A stretch of 64,000 bases of DNA from Somniosus microcephalus (taxonomy: Eukaryota). Shown in pieces: positions 36,233 through 47,800 of this stretch. The notes under the pieces are model-generated. The model searched no databases, had not been told where the DNA came from, and was given only the letters and a program-made list of their open reading frames with translations. The first letter of the stretch is position 1, and every line of letters begins with the position of its first letter. The position numbers and the translations under genes were made by a program. Location of the stretch: positions 221,216,001-221,280,000 of the forward strand of contig CM126212.1 of NCBI GenBank assembly GCA_052327205.1. The letters run 5' to 3'.

Positions 36233-39215
36233 CTACCAGTTCTGGTATGTCAGTCTGTCCGGAGGCCTCGTAAGCCTCTCCGATCGTCGCAGCGGCGGTG
36301 CTGCATTATCCGGTGTTAATGCTGGTGTCTGCGTGGTCGGCGAAGGCTCGTGGGGTTCCGGCATGCCGTCTACCTGGGCTGGAATTGGGGGGGTGGTGGG
36401 GGGGGGTAAAGGTGGTGTCTCCGGAGTGCCCGAGGGTGCGAGGTCTCGTAAGGAGACAGTGTCCTCCCGCCCGTCTGGGTAAGCCACGTAGGCGTACTGG
36501 GGGTTGGCGTGCAGGAGGTTCACCCTCTCGACCAGGGGGTCCGTTTTATGGGCCCTCACGTGCTTTCGCAGCAAGACGGGCCCCGGAGAGGTCAGCCAGG
36601 TTGGTAGAGTGGTTCCCGTAGTCGACTTCCTGGGGAAAACAAACATTCATTCATGGGGGGTGGCGTTAACGGCAGTGCAAAGTAGTGACCGGATGGAGTG
36701 CAGCGCTGTCGGGAGGACTTCCTGCCAGCGGGAGGTTGGGAGGCCCTTAGACTTTAAGGCTAAGAGGACGGCCTTCCATACCGTCGCGTTCTCTCTTTCC
36801 ACCTGGCCGTTCCCTCGGGGGTTGTAGCTGGTGGTCCTACTTGCTGCAATACCTCTCGCTAGTAGGAACTGACGGAGTTCCTCGCTCATGAAGGAGGAGC
36901 CCCGGTCACTATGTATATAGTTCGGGAACCCGAACAAGGCGAAGAGGTCGTTCAGGCACTTGATGACCGTGGTACTGGTCATGTCTGGACAGGGGAAGGC
37001 AAATGGGAAACTGGAGTACTCATCAACGATGTTGAGGAAGTACACATTGCGGTCAGATGACGGTAGAGGCCCCTTAAAGTCGATGCTCAGGCGCTCGAAG
37101 GGGCGGGTGGCCTTGATCAGGCTTGCTCTGTCCGGCCTATAGAAGTGCGGTTTGCACTCGGCGCAGGTCTGGCAGTTCCTGGTCATGGTCCTGACCTCCT
37201 CGATGGAGTAGGTCAGGTTGCGGGCCTTAATGAAATGGTAAAGTCTGGTGACCCCGGGGTGGCAGAGGTCGTTGTGGAGGGTCTGAAGTCTATCAATATG
37301 CGCGCTGGCGCATGTAATTCGTGAAAGAGCATCAGGGGGTTCGTTCAGCTTACCTGGCCGGTACAAGATATCATAATCGTAGGTGGATAGCTCGATTCTC
37401 CACCTCAAGATCTTGTCATTCTTGATTTTGCCCCTCAGCTTGTTATTAAACATGAAAGCAACCGAACGTTGGTCGGTGAGGAGGGTAAATCGTTTGCCTG
37501 CCAGGTAATGCCTCCAGCGCCGTACCGCCTCCACAATTGCCTGGGCTTCCTTCTCGACCGACGAGTGTTGGATCTCGGGGCCCTGTAGGGTCCTTGAGAA
37601 GAAGGCCACCGGCCTCCCCTCCTGGTTAAGGGTAGCGGCTAGGGCGAAGTCGGATGCATTGCTCTCCACTTGGAAGGGGATGGACTCATCCACTGCATGC
37701 ATTGTGGCCTTGGCTATGTCTCCCTTGATGAGGGAGAAGGCCGCGCACGCTTCCTCCGTGAGGGGGAAGGATGTGGACTTCATGAGGGGTCTGGCTTTGT
37801 CCGCATAATTGGGCACCCATTGGGCATAGTAGGCGAAGAGCCCCAGGGTTCTCTTAAGTGCCTTAGGGCAGTGGGGGAGGGGTAGCTCCATGAGGGGGCG
37901 CATTCTTTCGGGGTCGGGGCCGATGAGTCCGTTCTCTACTACACAGCCAAGGATGGCAAGGCGCGAGGTGTTAAACACACATTTCTCCTTATTGTAGGTG
38001 AGGTTCAGCCGTTGGGCCATACGGAGGAATTTCTCCAGATTCACGTCATGGTCCTGCCGGTCGCGGCCGCAGATGGTGACATTATCTAGATAGGGGAATG
38101 TGGCCTGCAGTCCGTTCTGGTCAACCATCCGGTCCATCTCCCTTTGGAAGACCGAGACCCCGTTGGTGACACCGAAGGGGACCCTAAGGAAGTGGTGTAG
38201 GCGCCCATTCGCCTCGAAGGCGGTGTACTGGCGGTCCTCGGGGTGGATAGGGAGTTGGTGGTAGGCCGACTTAAGGTCGATGGTCGAGAATACGCGGTAT
38301 TGTGCAATCTGATTGACCATGTCAGATATGCGGGGAAGGGGGTATGCGTCCAGCTGGGTGTATCTGTTTATGGTCTGGCTGTAGTCGATGACCAGGCGAT
38401 TTTTATCGCCGGTCTTAACGACCACGACCTGGGCACGCCAGGGGCTGTTGCTCCCCTCGATAATGCCCTCTTTCAGGAGGCGCCGCACCTCAGAGCTAAT
38501 GAAGGCTCTGTCCCCAGCGCTGTACCGCCTGCTCTTGGTAGCGACGGGTTTGCAGTCGGGGGTGAGGTTAGCGAACAGGGAAGGTGGCGGCACCTTGACG
38601 GTGGATAGGCTGCAGGTGTTACGCGGTGGGCGGTTTAACATTCGCTGGTTGTCAACTGTGAGTGGGGGGAGGGGTCCACCGTATGCTAGGGTTACACTTT
38701 GGAGGTGGGATTGGAAGTCCAGCCCTAGTAGGACGGCAGCGCAGAGGAGTTTAAAATTTTTATACTCCGTACCCTTAACCGACAAGGTCACAAACACAGT
38801 AGCCGCTAATGTCCGTGGCGTGGGACCTCGATGCCATCGAGATTCGGTTGCGCGTTGGCAGGACAGGGAGGGAGTAGTGGCTCACCGTGTCTGGGTGGAT
38901 GAAGCTCTCCGTGCTTCCGCTGTCGAACAGGCAGGTCGTGGCGTGGCCGTTTACTTTGATGTCCATCATCGACTTGGACAGGTGGTGTGGGCGGGCTTGA
39001 TCCAGAGTGACGGAGGCTAGTGTGTAGGTAAGCGAGTCGTTGTCGTCTGCGGGCGAGGCGGTCGTCGGGTCCGGAGGCCCGGTGGCAGTCGGGCGTGGTG
39101 GGTAAAATGGCGTCTCCCACGAGGTAGGACAAAATGGCGGAGAAGATGGCTGCTCCCATAACTCACATGAGGCACTATTGGGGTCGGTTGCCTTGATCAA
39201 AGATGGCCGCCCCAT
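36233..39215 (-). pseudogene. pol: Pol of element B (protease, RT, RNase H, integrase), with two 1-bp frameshifts and one internal stop
   Basis: LFDSGS protease, YLDN RT, RNase H, HHCC and DDE integrase (HSDRGSSF, NGQVER). TGA at 36647-49 interrupts PHE.MF. Confidence 0.93.
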
Positions 39216-40195
39216 GACTCACGTGTGGGGATGCTGGCCTCAGTTGCCTTGAAAGAAGATGGCCGCCCCCACAGTTCGCATGAGGTACTGCTGGCCTCTG
39301 AAGATCCGCTCCTGCAGGCCTTAGAGAAGTGGCCTTTCTTCCTGCAGGTTGAGCAGGTAGAGTTCCTGGCTGGGCAGCGCGACCTCGGGTGCTTCTCCTG
39401 GCCGCAAAAGAAGCAGCCGGCGGCCCGATCGCGGGTGCCCGATGTCGGAGCCGGTACCGGGGGTGGCGGTCCCGGTCGGGTCCGGGACGCCGACGCTGAG
39501 GTAGGTCCCGGGGGCAGCGCTGCGAAGGGTATTGCGGTAGGGGTCGGGCCCGAGTCCCAGGGTCGCGAGCAGTACCTGGAAAACGCCTCCTGGTCCTGAT
39601 GGGCCACCTCTAGGGAGAGAGCGAGGGCTTCAGCTTTGTCCAGGTCGAGGTCTTTAGCTTCAAGCAGTCTTTGCCGTGAGTAGTCGGACCGTAGGCCTTT
39701 CACAAAGGCATCGCGGATATTATCTTCCATATTTTCAACAGCCGTCACCGCTTTAAAGTCACAGTTCCTGCCGAGTGCTCTTAGCGCCCGTAAAAATTCA
39801 GCTACAGACTCTCCTGGCTGTTGCGGGCGGGATCTTAGGAGGTGCCTGGTGTACATGTAATTTACCGGGCTCCGGTACTGCTGTTTCAGTAGGTTGATAG
39901 CGGCCTCGTATGTAGTCGTGTCCTGGATGAGTGCGTATACTCTCGGGCTCGCTTGGGCGTTCAGAACTCTTAGTTTGGATCTCTGAGGGATGCCGGATTC
40001 TTCCAGGTAGGATTCGAAGCAGCCCAGCCAGTGTTTGAAGTCGAGGGCTGAGTTTGCTGCCTGTGGGTTTAGATCCAGGTACGGTGGTTTGAGGGCTTGC
40101 AGCCAAGCCGGCTGGTGTGGCTGGTGTAGCCCGGTGTCTGAAAGCTGCTGTGGCTGTGCTTCTGGGAGGGCTTCTGGCTGGCCAGTAGTAGACAT
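39197..40195 (-). CDS. gag: Gag of element B, with two Cys/His zinc knuckles
   Basis: Peptides QQPGESVAEFLRALR, IRDAFVKGL, CFFCGQEKHPRSRC and CSTCRKKGHFSKAC. Confidence 0.92.
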   Translation of the reverse strand: MSTTGQPEALPEAQPQQLSDTGLHQPHQPAWLQALKPPYLDLNPQAANSALDFKHWLGCFESYLEESGIPQRSKLRVLNAQASPRVYALIQDTTTYEAAINLLKQQYRSPVNYMYTRHLLRSRPQQPGESVAEFLRALRALGRNCDFKAVTAVENMEDNIRDAFVKGLRSDYSRQRLLEAKDLDLDKAEALALSLEVAHQDQEAFSRYCSRPWDSGPTPTAIPFAALPPGPTSASASRTRPGPPPPVPAPTSGTRDRAAGCFFCGQEKHPRSRCPARNSTCSTCRKKGHFSKACRSGSSEASSTSCELWGRPSSFKATEASIPTRESWGGHL

Positions 40196-40655
40196 CTTTA
40201 AAATTTAGTCAATAAAATTGATATACCTATCAATTCGTCCAATAAAAAGCGACGAGTTAGGAACGTAACTAAAGGTTTTTATTGACTAAATAACAGAGCC
40301 CACCCTCGTGGGTGATCGGGTCCAACAAGGAGGAATACCAGCCAGTCGACTACCTTTATACCTGGGCAGGTAGGTGGAGCCATGGGCGGAGTCGGAGGTG
40401 GTCAGCCCAGGTATAACAGCGCGACAAGAGGCGACCTCGTATAGTGATACAACAGTGAGAACAGTGAGAACAATACAACAGTGATAACTATAGTGTAACG
40501 ATAGTGAACGATAAAAGTGGTTTACCACAGAGAGTGATTAAAGTAAGACACGTTTTGTTTCTGCTCAAAGAAAAGTCTCAGCCTGTTGTTTTCTACTGAT
40601 CCCAACATTGGTGACCCCGCTGCTCTTTTGGACGATTCCAAAGACCTCATCTGTA

Positions 40656-43600
40656 ATGGCGACGAATGCCGTTTCTATCAAATTACCCGAGTTTTGGGAA
40701 CAACAGGCTGCCGCTTGGTTCGCCCAGGCCGAGGCTCAATTTGCGATCCGGGACATCACCGCGGACGACACGAGGTACTACTACGTCGTCTCCGCTCTCG
40801 GCAGCTCCACCGCGGCCAGAGTCGTGAACCTGCTCGAAAACCCCCCGGAGCTCAACAAATACGATACACTGAAGGTGCACCTCTTACAAACTTTCGGACT
40901 CACCGAAGCTGAACGCGCACGCCGGCTTCTCTCTCTACCCGGGCTTGGCGACTCCAAGCCCTCGGAGCTGATGGACCACATGCTAGCCCTCCTGGGCACA
41001 CACACACACCATGCTTCCTCTTCAAGGAACTGTTCCTTCAACAGCTGCCAGGTCAGGTACGGTCGGCTTTAGCCAACTCTTCCACTACCGATTTCAGCGA
41101 CCTGGCCAAGGAGGCCGACAAATTTTTCTCCGCCGGGTAACAGTACTGCGTGGCCATGTGGAGCCCTGCCCCCACTGTTACAGCCCAACGGCGGCAACCC
41201 TCGGGCCTCTGCTTCTACCATGCGCAGTTCGGCCCCAAAGCCAGGAAGTGTCAGCCCCCGTGCAGTTTTCCCGCATCGAAACAAACTAAAGACCTCTCGT
41301 CGGCTGCCATGGCTGTCGGCCATTCAGGCAGTTTGTTGTTTATTACAGACACCGACTCCGGACGTCGTTTCCTTTGCGACACGGGCGCCCAGGTGAGCGT
41401 CCTGCCCGCGTCAGCCATAGACATTCAAGGGGGGAACCACGGCCCCGTCCTCAAAGCTGCCATTGGCAGTTCCATCCGCACCTTCGGGAAATGGAACGTG
41501 GCGCTTTGTTTTGGCGGGCAGCAGTTCACCTGGGACTTTGTCACAGCAAAAGTGTCCATCCTCCTTCTCGGCGCTGACTTCCTCTGCGCCAATGGCCTTT
41601 TGGTGGACGTCAAGAACCGACATCTCATCAACGCGGAAACCTTCAGCTCGCTCCCATGTTCCCTCAGCGGGTCCAGCACAACGCAGTTGTCCAGCGCACT
41701 CTCGGCCTCCGATGAGTTTTCCCACCTCCTCACCCAGTTCCCGGACCTCACGAAGCCCACGTTCTCGTCTGCCGCCACCAAACACGGGGTAGAACACCAC
41801 ATGTCAACCACCGGTACGCCCGCGCTCGGCGCCTCGACCCGGGGAAGCTCGCCATCGCCAAAGCCGAGTTCGACACCATGAAGCGCCTCGGCATCATCCG
41901 CCGGTCGAACAGTCCATGGGCTTCGCCCCTCCACATCGCCCCAAAACCAGGCGGCGGGTGGCGCCCGTGCGGAGATTACCGGCGCCTCAACGACGCGACG
42001 ATCCCCGACTGCTATCCGATTCCACACATCCAGGACTTTTCCGCCCCCCTGGCCGGGAAAGTGGTATTCTCGAAAGTGGACCTCGTCCGGGGTTACCACC
42101 AGGTCCCTGTCCGGCCGCAGGACATCCCGAAAACCGCGGTGATCACCCCGTTCGGGTTATTCGAATTTCTCCGCATGCCATTCGGCCTCAAAAACGCAGC
42201 ACAGGCTTTTCAACGCCTAATGGACACCGTGTTACGGGACCTGACATTCCTGTTCGTATATCTGGACGACATCCTCATCACCAGCGCCTCCAGGATGGAA
42301 CATGTGTCCTACCTCCGGACTCTCTTCGAACGACTCAGCCAACACGGCCTAATCGTCAACCCAGCCAAGTGCCAGTTCGGGCTGTCCTCAATCGATTTTC
42401 TCGGTCACCGCATCACGAAGGACGGGGCGGTGCCACTGCCATCGAAAGTGGAGGCCGTGATGGACTTCCCGCGACCCCTCACCGTGATGGCCCTGCAGGA
42501 GTTTTTGGGCACGGTGAACTTTTACCATTGTTTCGTCCCCCGAGCAGCCCAGCTTATGCGGCCCCTTTACGAGGCCCTCAAAGGCAAGCCCGACAAACTC
42601 GCCGTCGACTGGTCTGATGAGATGGCCAGTTCTTTCGCGGACACGAAAAGGGCCCTGGCTAACGCGACCATGCGCGATCGCTCTCACCACCGACGCCTCA
42701 GACTATGCGGTCGGCGCCGTCCACGAACAGTGGGTCAACGGCACCTAGCAGCCGCTCGCCACCTTCAGCCGGCAGCTCCGCCCCAACGAGCGGAAGTACA
42801 GCACCTTTGATCGCGAGCTTCTCGGCCTCTACCTCGCCGTCCGACACTTCCGCTTCCTGCTGGAGGCCCGCCCATTCACGGCGTTCATGGCCCACAAGCC
42901 GTTGACCTTCATCATGGCCAAAGCCTCTGAGCTGTGGTCGGCCCGTCAGCAACGCCAGTTGGCCTTCATCTCGAAGTTTACAACGGACATCCAGCATGTG
43001 GCTCGGAAAGACAACCCCGTCGCCGACTGCCTCTCCCGAGCCGTTGCCAGCGCCGTACACCTCGGCATCGACTACACCCGCATGGCGGCCGACCAGGCCT
43101 CCAACCCGGACGTCCAGGCCTACAGGACGGCGGTCACGGGCCTTCAACTGGCGGACGTCGCGTTCGACGTTGCCGGCACCATACTCCTGTGCGACGTCTC
43201 CGTTGGGCAGCCACGTCCTGTCATGCCCGAAGGGTGGAGACGGCAAGTTTTCGACGCCGTCCATAATCTTTCCCACCCGGGCAGGAAGCCGTCACAGAAG
43301 CTGGTGGTGGCTAAGTTTGTCTAGCACGGGTTCAGGAAAGACGTGCGTGACTGGGCCAGCACCTGTGTGGTATGCCAACGCTCGAAAGTACATCGCCATA
43401 CTAAGGCCCCGTTGGTGCCTTTCGCGGTGCCCGAGAGGCGGTTCGACCAAGTTGACGTGGACCTGGTGGGGCCCCTGCCGCCCTCCCGCAGGTTCACCCA
43501 CCTCCTCACAATGGTCGACAGAACCACCCGATGGCCGGAAGCCATCCCGCTGTCTTCAACGACGGCTGCCGATGTGGCTCGGGCGTTCATCAGCACTTGG

Positions 43601-44780
43601 GTCGCCCGGTTCGGCGCCCCATCTGACATTTCCTCCGACCGGGGCCCCCAGTTCACGTCAGAGCTATGGAACGCTGTCGCCCAAGGCCTCGGGTTGAGAC
43701 TCCACCACACCACAGCATACCACCCTCAGGCTAACGGGCTGTGCGAATGGTTTCATCACTCCATGAAGGCCGCGCTCCGGGCCAGCCTCCGGGACAACAG
43801 CTGGATCGACAGACTCCCGTGGGTCATGCTGGGACTCAGGACTGCGCCCAAGGAGGACCTCCAGTCCTCGTCCGCCGAGCTCGTCTACAGCCAGCCGCTA
43901 CGGGTTCCCGGGGATTTTGTCCCCAACGCAACTGAACCTTGGTCCGCAGCCTGTCAGCGGTCCGACCTTCTGGACAATGCCAAGGTTTTCGCGCTGGTGC
44001 CCACGTCGCAGCACGGCCTCCCGCAGTCCCACGTTCCGCTCGACCTTCATGCGGCGGAGTACGTTTTCGTCCGCCACGACGCCCACCGGGGACCTCTTCA
44101 GCCACCCTACGAGGGACCATTCCACGCCCTGGAAACCGGGGACAAGACCTTCATAGTGGCTGTCGGTGGTAAGCCGGACTACATTTCCGTGGACCGTCTT
44201 AAGCCGGCCCACCTGGACCTGGACTGACCCGTTGAGTTGGCACAGCCCTCGAGGCAGCACGGTGGCATAGTGGTTAGCACTGTTGCCTCACAGCGCCAGA
44301 GACCCGGGTTCGAATCCGGCCTCGGGCGACTGTCTGTGTGGAGTTTGCACATTCTCCCCGTGTTTGCGTGGGTTTTCTCCGGGTGCTCCGGTTTCCTCCC
44401 ACAGTCCAAAGATGTGCGGGTTAGGTTGATTGGCTATGATAAATTGACCCTTAGTGTTAGGGGGATTAAATACGTGGGGTTACGGGGATAGGGTGGGATA
44501 TGTGTTGGTGTAGGGGTTACGGGGATCGGGTGGGATATGTGTCGGTGCAGGCTCGATGGGCTGAAATGGCCTCTATCTACACTGTGGGGTTTCTGTGATC
44601 TGTGATTGTGAGGCGGGGCCGACCTCCGGTTTCCGCACCCTCAGTCCACCACCGAGCGCCCGAGGTCTCTCCGACGAACCTCCCGGTCCCCGCCCCGGAA
44701 CTGAGGAGCCGTTCCAGCCGTGTGATCCGCCACCCCCCCAGCGACTGACCTTGCCAGTGCTAGTGAATTCTGGGGGGACG
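40656..44780 (+). pseudogene. gag-pol of element A, multiply disrupted
   Basis: Peptides KLPEFW..WFAQAEAQF, CFYHAQFGPKARKCQPPC, LCDTGA, PFGLKNA, YLDD, SDRGPQF and PPYEGPF. Confidence 0.94.
44253..44609 (+). mobile_element. Full-length HE1-like V-SINE inserted in the integrase tail of element A
   Basis: A box TGGCATAGTGG, B box GGTTCGAATCC, V domain GTGTGGAGTTTGCACATTCTCCCCG, (TCTGTGA)n tail, flanking GAGGC duplication. Confidence 0.95.
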
Positions 44781-45269
44781 TATGTGGCGGAAACCACATA
44801 GGGACAATAACACAATGTATAACCAATGCTGTTATATGTATCTAAACACAATTCACTATGTATAGCAATGTTGTGATATGTACATGCTGGGTTGGGTTAT
44901 CGGTGCAGGGTCCCTTTAAGAGTGTCGGTAGCGTGATGACGTCATGACGTCGGTTGCGTGATGACGTCATAGCCCCTGCATGGGGCTGAGCCCTTCAGCC
45001 TTCGTGGAGAGTGATTAAAGTAAGACACGTTTTGTTTTAACAGCCTCCCCCTTATACCATAATCGAATCAGGGACAATCATGGACTTCTGAGCATTCCTG
45101 GAGGAGGAGGAATGGGAGAAAGCATGCCTCTCATCCCACAGCACAACATACCAATTTGCAGTGGGGCAAATTCAGGCTTATTGTATCTCTTGTGGGTTAT
45201 ACTGCTTGGACCCCCTAGGTCAGTGGCTTGGTGGGCAAGTTATACTTAGTCTAGGATTTCTCTTACGAG

Positions 45270-45707
45270 TGTCGGCTTGGCACATTGGAAGTAAGTAGTC
45301 TTGCCTCAAACGCAGAAGGTTGTGGATTCAAGGCTTACTCCAGCATTAGGGCACGTGATCTAATCTGATATTCCAGTGCAGTAATAAGAGCTGACTGCAC
45401 TGCTCGGGGTCCCATCCTGCAGAGGAGACGTTAAACCGAGGTCCCGTGTGTCTGTTCAGAGGGCGATAAAGCTCCCATGGTGCTATTGGTAGAAGGAGAG
45501 TTCTTCCTGGTATCCTGGCCACCATTCCTTCCTCAACCAACACCACCAAAAACAGATTAACTGGTCATTCAAGCTCACAGCTGTTTTGCGGGATCTTGCT
45601 GCATGTAAAACGTAGTTGCTGCATTTCAAAGCAATTCATTGAATGTGAAGCAATTTGAGATGTTTCTGGGAGATGTGGTAAAATATGCTGTAAGTACAAG
45701 ACTTCCT
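45270..45707 (+). mobile_element. Degenerate Deu-domain SINE
   Basis: GAGACGTTAAACCGAGGTCCCG core and an L2-like 3' end. Confidence 0.7.
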
Positions 45708-46245
45708 TCATTGCACTTTGAGCCTATAGCTACATTTAATCATTCAGGGGAAAAAAATGCCAATAAATGTAACAGATTTTCAAAACCTGGAATAAAATGC
45801 AGAAAGATACATCAGATTGCTCAGATGCAAACCTCCACAGATCTGCATCATTCTATGTTGGGGAGTATCATAGGAGGACATGCTGGATGATGTGAAAAAG
45901 TGCCTGATTAATACCTCAGTGGGAATGGCTAGAAAATGCAAGATGGAAAGCTGATTTTAAAGAGTCACCGTGGTAGCTGAAAGTCACCTGAGAAACCAGA
46001 GCAATGGAAATAGTTGCATATATCCTGAGATCTTATTTAGACCTCTTCAAGAAATATTGGCAGCTATTGGTTAACTTTCATGTCCGCATCTGTAGGTTGG
46101 CAGTTCCATTTCAAAGCTGAGATCCCGAATGCAAACCACAGTGCCGGAGATTAAACAAGGTTAAAGGTTGAAAGGTCATGCCTCGCTTTCTGTCTGCCTG
46201 GGAGCAGAATACCAGGTCACTTTCGAGGTTTTGCTCTTTGCTTCC

Positions 46246-46469
46246 TGTTATAAATCTCATCAAGAAACTACTTATGAAATAACGCTGGACGGCCAGCTGG
46301 TGGCGCCGTCCAAGGAGTATAAATACTCGGGCGTGGGCCCCAGCTTTCCAGGGACATTTTGTAAGACAAGGAGCTAGTGAAATACAACTAGACCTCCATG
46401 TTCTGAAACAAGTTGATTAAAGCCTTGCTTTATGCTCAAGCTAAGTGTGTAGTGAGTTTTATTACGTCA
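46246..46469 (+). mobile_element. Solo LTR, CTCF-motif family, copy 3
   Basis: TGTTAT...ACGTCA ends, perfect TSD CTTCC. Confidence 0.94.
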
Positions 46470-47164
46470 CTTCCCATGGCATGATAATATCCCGCGCACG
46501 TATTGTCATAGTTTGGTTACACCCCACCACCAGTTGTGTCACCATCTCTGTGGCAATTGCATTGGGAAAGCTGACAATTAATTATGTGTGAAGCAGTTGG
46601 GGTGGATTGCATCTATAAGAGAATTCAGTTGTTTCTTTCACCAGTCAGCTCAGCCAAAGAGCAATGGCTCGACGTGTTGGATCAGCAGCATGTGGTGTTA
46701 GGGCGTGGTAAGACATGGTGTAACGTCCATCATCCCTAACTCACTGGGTTACCAATTTCGGCCCACGTCACTGTGGGAGAGCATTCAGCAAGGAACTGAT
46801 AATTCCCCAAAGTACAGGGAGGAAAATTGGGAAGGAAGGTCACCCCCAGACCACTTTCCCTAGAAACTATTTTTACACGAAGGTTAGCAGTGACCTGGTA
46901 AGAAGCCAGATGTCCACCCTCTCAACTGGGTGCATATCTGGTGTGGGAACACCTAGCTCAAGGGAAAAGGAAGATAATGGTTTTCTTTCTGAAAAAATCT
47001 TTTATCACCTCTCTGGTCACATTGTGGTTAGTATTTTAGTGCCTTTTAGACATTCGTTTCTATTGATTTTTTGGGCAGAAATGTTGATGGGTCTGGCTTG
47101 GTGAGCATATATCTTTTTTGGTCATATGAGGGGATGGGTTCATCAACATCACACATGAGGGGAC

Positions 47165-47800
47165 AAGAACAACAACAACTTGATTTATATAGCACATTTA
47201 ACGTAGTAAAACATCCTAAGGTGTTTCACAGGAGTGTTATCAAAGAAAATTTGGTTCCGAGCCACATAAGGAATTATCAGGACAGGTGACCAAAAGCTTG
47301 GTCAAAGATGTAGGTTCTAAGTAGAGTCTTAAAGGAGGAGAGAGAGGTACAAAGGTAGAGAGGTTTAGGGAGGAAATTCCAGAGCTTAGGGCCTTGGCAG
47401 CTGAAGGCATGTCTGCCAATGGTGGAGCAATTAAAATTGGGGATGCGCAAGAGGCCAGAATTGGAGCAGCACAGATATCTCGGGGGGGTTGTGGGGCTGA
47501 AGGAGGTTGCAGAGATAGGGAGGGGCGAGGCCACGGACGGATTTGAAAACAAGGGTGAGAATTTTAAAATCGAGGCATTGCTGGACCGGGAGCCAATGTA
47601 GGTCAGCGAGCACAGGGGTGATGGGTGAACGGGACTTGGTGCAAGTTAGGACACAGGCAGCAGAGTTTTGGATGAGTTCACGTTTACGGAAGGTGCAAGA
47701 TGGGAGACAGGCCAGGAGAGAATTGGAATAGTCGAGTCTAGAGGTAACAAAGGTAAGGATGATGGTTTAAGCAGCAGATGAGCTGAGGCAGGGACGGCGA
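47165..47800 (-). mobile_element. L2 LINE 3' fragment
   Basis: Peptide LADLHWLPV..DFKIL and a (TTG)n tail; homologous to 7713-8370. Confidence 0.92.

Larger units (their letters stand above)
35880..40529 (-). mobile_element. Gypsy LTR retrotransposon B (Mag-like), nested in the 5' LTR of element A
   Basis: 311-bp LTRs at 40219-40529 and 35880-36190 (2 mismatches seen), TG...CA ends, 5-bp TSD GAGAG, PPT AAACAAGGGGTGAA, order gag-PR-RT-RH-IN. Confidence 0.97.
35652..45042 (+). mobile_element. Gypsy LTR retrotransposon A, CsRn1 clade, full length and decayed
   Basis: 5' LTR 35652-35879 plus 40535-40607. 3' LTR 44783-45042 with a ~40-bp U5 deletion. TSD GCCT. PBS TGGTGACCCCG at 40609-19 (tRNA-Trp type). 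PPT TGGGGGG. CHCC Gag knuckle. Confidence 0.96.

Noticed and set aside
39197-39215. Programmed gag-pol frameshift in element B
   Set aside because: No slippery heptamer is present. The neighbouring repeat has five G where this site has four, and gag and pol share a frame, so a 1-bp deletion is more likely.
44253-44330. tRNA gene
   Set aside because: The A and B boxes belong to the tRNA-derived head of a SINE, followed by a V domain and LINE-like tail.
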